DNA of 62,600 nucleotides, filler included, from Stramenopiles sp. TOSAG23-2 (taxonomy: Eukaryota): assembly GCA_900128395.1 (NCBI GenBank). It is 6 parts of 6 records of this genome, joined end to end, with 100 filler letters (N's around TTAATTAATTAA, not from the genome) between each part and the next. Parts side by side here need not be neighbours in the genome. Positions count along the whole stretch, not along the records: positions 52,270 to 62,600 come from LT650027.1; 5 more parts are not named here. One strand, given 5' to 3'. Shown here piece by piece: positions 58,886 through 62,600 of this stretch (position 1 is the stretch's first letter; each line of letters begins with the position of its first letter). The position numbers were made by a program, and so were the translations under genes. The notes beneath the pieces were generated by a model. It saw only the letters and a list, made by a program, of their open reading frames with translations, ran no database searches and had not been told where the DNA came from.

Positions 58886-60790
58886 ATGAATAATAACAAC
58901 AACAACAATGACCCAAACAAATCTGCTACACGGCGGTTGAAACAAACATTGTCGCATTTAAATACCTCTGCCATCGTTGCGAATACAGGTACTATTAATG
59001 ATAATAATAATTTAACTTTGTCACCACCACGTTGGGATCATAATGAGCAAGATCAAACAAAACTTCATACAAAATGGAATGGTTGGGGTTATGCCGATAC
59101 GAAATTTTTTGTAAATGATGATGGTAATGTGGAATTGACTGGAAACCGGTACAGTACGATCTTCAATACACATCGTGTCATGCCAGCGTTTCGGCCATGG
59201 GTGGAAAAAATCATGAGTGTTGATTTAGCATATTTAAGTTTAGCACGTGACAATTATCCAACATTACCAGATCCAATTTATAACAAGCCATTTTTGGAAT
59301 ATATATCAGATATGAAATGTTATAAAGAAATTTATACGGATCCGCAATGTAGGTTGTACCATGGACATGGACATACATGTCAAGAAATATTTGAATTAAG
59401 ACACCATGAAACAACCAAACGTATGCCAGATGTTGTTGTATATCCAGGGTCGCATGATCATGTAGTGGAAATCATGAAAGCAGCTGTGAAATTCAATGTT
59501 GTCATTATACCATATGGTGGTGGTACCTCTGTTAGTGGTGCATTGGAATGCCCGGAAAATGAAAAACGTATGATTGTTAGTTTAGACATGCAACGTATGA
59601 ATAAAATTTTATGGGTCGATCGTGAAAACATGATGGCATGTATTGAAGCAGGTGCAATTGGACAAGATATTGCAGATAAATTGGAAAAAGTTGGATTGAC
59701 GATGGGACATCATCCAGATAGTGAAGAATTTTCCTCCATTGGTGGTTGGGTAAGCACACGTGCTAGTGGTATGAAAAAAAATGTATATGGTAATATTGAA
59801 GATATTGTTGTTAATTTTAAATTAGTAACACCAACTGGTATTTTGCAAACTGGTGGTGATTTTCCACGGATCAGTGCCGGCCCAGCGGTTATGCAAATGG
59901 CAATGGGTGCAGAAGGTACATTGGGTGTTGTCACGGAAGTATTAGTACGTTTACGTGCAAAACCGGTGACGCAAAAATACAGCAGTGTCGTATTTGCTGA
60001 TTTTACACATGGTGTCATGGCAATGAGAGAAGTTGCACGTAGGCGTTGTGCACCAGCATCCATACGTTTGATGGATAATATGCAATTTCAATTTGGACAA
60101 GCATTAAAAGCACAATCGGATAATCCAATGCGAGATGAAATTATGGGAACAATACAAAAGGCATATTTATTCAATTGGGAAAAATTGGAACAAGATAAAA
60201 TGTGCGCAGCGACCTTATTGTTTGAAGGAACGGAGGAAGAAATCAAAGCACAAGAACGTGCTGTTATGGATGTATGTAAACAATATGGTGGTATTGGTGG
60301 TGGTGAGGAAAATGGTATTCGTGGATATTTTTTAACATATGTGATTGCATATTTACGTGATTATGGATTTGATTTTTACTTTTTATCTGAATCATTTGAA
60401 ACATCTGTCCCTTGGGGAAATGTTTTAGGTTTAGTAGATGGTGTAAATCGAATTATTACGGAGGAATGCAAACGACAAGGTGTCACAGTAGCGCCATTTA
60501 TCTCCTCTCGTGTGACGCAAACATATGATACTGGTGCATGTGTTTATACGTACTTTGGCTTTATGTACAGAGGTATGGAAAATCCAGTTGAAGCGTTTAC
60601 TGCTATTGAAAGTGCTGCTAGGGATGAAATCATCAGGCATAATGGTAGTATTTCCCATCATCATGGTGTTGGTAAACATCGTAAAAAATGGATGCGTGAA
60701 ACAATATCGGACACTGGTATGACAATGATAAAAGCAGTGAAAGATCGTTTAGATCCAACAAATGTCATGGCAAATGGTAATTTATTGTAA
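58886..60790 (+). CDS. AGPS: Alkyl-dihydroxyacetonephosphate synthase (peroxisomal, PTS2)
   Basis: KWNGWGY, IPYGGGTSVS, GHHPDSEEFSSIGGWVSTRASGMKKNVYGNIED, SHHHGVGK; RLKQTLSHL fits the PTS2 pattern RLx5HL. Confidence 0.96.
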   Translation: MNNNNNNNDPNKSATRRLKQTLSHLNTSAIVANTGTINDNNNLTLSPPRWDHNEQDQTKLHTKWNGWGYADTKFFVNDDGNVELTGNRYSTIFNTHRVMPAFRPWVEKIMSVDLAYLSLARDNYPTLPDPIYNKPFLEYISDMKCYKEIYTDPQCRLYHGHGHTCQEIFELRHHETTKRMPDVVVYPGSHDHVVEIMKAAVKFNVVIIPYGGGTSVSGALECPENEKRMIVSLDMQRMNKILWVDRENMMACIEAGAIGQDIADKLEKVGLTMGHHPDSEEFSSIGGWVSTRASGMKKNVYGNIEDIVVNFKLVTPTGILQTGGDFPRISAGPAVMQMAMGAEGTLGVVTEVLVRLRAKPVTQKYSSVVFADFTHGVMAMREVARRRCAPASIRLMDNMQFQFGQALKAQSDNPMRDEIMGTIQKAYLFNWEKLEQDKMCAATLLFEGTEEEIKAQERAVMDVCKQYGGIGGGEENGIRGYFLTYVIAYLRDYGFDFYFLSESFETSVPWGNVLGLVDGVNRIITEECKRQGVTVAPFISSRVTQTYDTGACVYTYFGFMYRGMENPVEAFTAIESAARDEIIRHNGSISHHHGVGKHRKKWMRETISDTGMTMIKAVKDRLDPTNVMANGNLL

Positions 60791-61200
60791 AAATATGTGT
60801 GTGTATATTATACGTATATATTTTGTGGTGGGTGGTGTGGTGGTGGAATGGGGACGGGAGGGTGTAAATAAATAAAATGTGGGAGTGGGGGGATAAGGGG
60901 CGTGTGGATGCACGTCAATTTTTTTCTTGAACAAAAGTTGAAAGAGAGCGCGAGAAGAGGCTGAGGGAGATTAAAAATTAAAATATGTGGTGTGGAATCG
61001 TGGAATCATCTTTTTTCTTTTTATAAAAATATGTGACACATGTAACTATACTAATTTTAGTTTTCTTAAAATATAAAAAAAATTTAAAAAAAATTATGGT
61101 GTAAACTATTATTTCTCTCGGTATTCGTGTGTATATCTTTTTCCTTTTATTACTTTTTACTCTTGCTACTCTCTCTACTCTCGCTACTCTCTCACTCTCT

Positions 61201-62593
61201 CTACTCCCGCTTTACCCGTTTTGACTTTCTTCTCCTTCCACTTTTTGATTCAATCTTGCGTCTAGTACCAGTACTACCATTCTTGTTGTACAACTTTAAA
61301 CTCGCTTCATCTTCCAATGCGACATGTTCGATATTTCTTTTCTCACCAGCATTCTTTTTGTTTTTAGCAGCATATCTTGCACTTTTCATTTCATGTTTAA
61401 TGTGTTCGACACCTACTTGTATGGATGATAATGATGATGCTTCTTTCAAACGTTTGCATAGATCTGTTTTTTTCCCTTTTGTAGATTGACCCAAAGTTAA
61501 TAATGCCTTTTTAATCTCTTTTACAGTCATTTTTTCTGGTACATTCCAATCAATTTTATCGGGTGCACAATGCGATTTAAATACTTTAACTGGTCGTAAT
61601 GGAGTATTCATCATACTCCTGTTGCTGCTACTGCTACTACCACTTTTACCACCATCATCATCGTTACTGACTTTGATTTGGCACTTGTTACATACATAAC
61701 ATGTACGTCCTTTCATGGAAAATGAATTGATAGTATGCCCATACAAACATTTACTTTGATTATAGATATACCTTCTACGTCCATCAAAATTAGATTTTAA
61801 TTTGTCTTTCTCATCAATAGTTAATATCCTACCATCTTTAAAACTGTGGAGCGTATATATATATATATATGAAAGATTGACGAGTTAGCGAGAGATTATT
61901 ATTATTATTTTTTTTAAATAGGTTTATTGGGGAATAATAGAATATATACACTTACCCACGTTGTAAACAATCAACCGAATGATACCATACGTTTGATAAT
62001 TCTGCATCAGATAAATTTGATACTTTGGTTAATGGATGAACACGTGCTTTGTATAATATTTCTGCTCTGTAAATATTACCAACACCAGCAATTTTTGATT
62101 GATCCATTAAAATATCACCAATCACTGCTTTTTGTTGTGATTTTGTACCATATTTTGTACACCCAAAGAAAATATTTTTATCTGCATCGCTTCTCAATGG
62201 ATCTTGTCCTAATTTTTGTTTTTTCATCTCGTATAATGATAAATCGCCATAATTACATGTCATTGCAGAAAGCATGGCACCAATATTATCTTTTTTATTC
62301 GATAATAAACGCAATCTAGTGGTAGGTGTTGGTTCTGGTAACTCATTTAAAGGTGCATTTAAAAATCTTCCGGACATTCCAAAATGTATATGGACTACAA
62401 TTGGGGATGCTTTTTTGCCAAAGAAATAAAATAAATTTTTACCAATAGATTCAATACGATGAAGTGGTTGATTATTGATTAATTTTGCACCTTGCGTAAA
62501 ACGACCGTTCGGGGAATCGCATTTGAATTTTTTATTCAACAATAATTTGATATGTCTGATGCATACCCGTCTTACACCATGCCCTTCTACCAT
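61201..62593 (-). CDS. Fpg/Nei DNA glycosylase (MVEG start) with zinc finger and SAP domain, 2 exons (62593-61956, 61843-61201)
   Basis: MVEGH, GKNLF, HFGMSG, DQSKIAGVGNIYRAE, CYVCNKCQ, SAP motif MTVKEIKKALLTLGQSTKGKKTDLCKRL; 112-nt intron restores QRG-FKDGRILT. Confidence 0.9.
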
Positions 62594-62600
62594 GATAGTT

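Overview
AT-rich, intron-poor eukaryotic nuclear DNA from a flagellated protist (probably a heterotrophic stramenopile; the lineage is an inference). The window is not one locus. It is six ~10.3-kb contigs in decreasing length order, joined by artificial 100-nt linkers (N44-TTAATTAATTAA-N44), so adjacency across linkers has no biological meaning. It uses the standard genetic code and short GT-AG introns with CTAAC branch points. Recognisable genes: PSMA5, NFU1, SPTLC1/LCB1 (one in-frame TAA), TMEM14, an ADCY10-type soluble adenylyl cyclase with a STAND NTPase, F-box/ankyrin paralogues, a 9x126-bp TPR protein, an IQ coiled-coil protein, a GC-rich DUF707 gene, an RGS protein, a divergent CDP-DAG synthase, a cytochrome b5-fused desaturase, KATNIP (frameshifted), WDR92, DDX41, an enoyl-CoA hydratase, a gustatory-receptor-like 7TM protein, AGPS with a PTS2 signal, and an Fpg/Nei glycosylase with a SAP domain. 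The most striking item is a single ORF (6683-8779, minus) that appears to fuse an Otu2/OTUD6B-like N-terminal coiled coil, a degenerate Hen1 RNA 3'-end methyltransferase domain and a Tsr2 (eS26 chaperone) domain. All domain calls come from visual motif recognition; no database searches were run.
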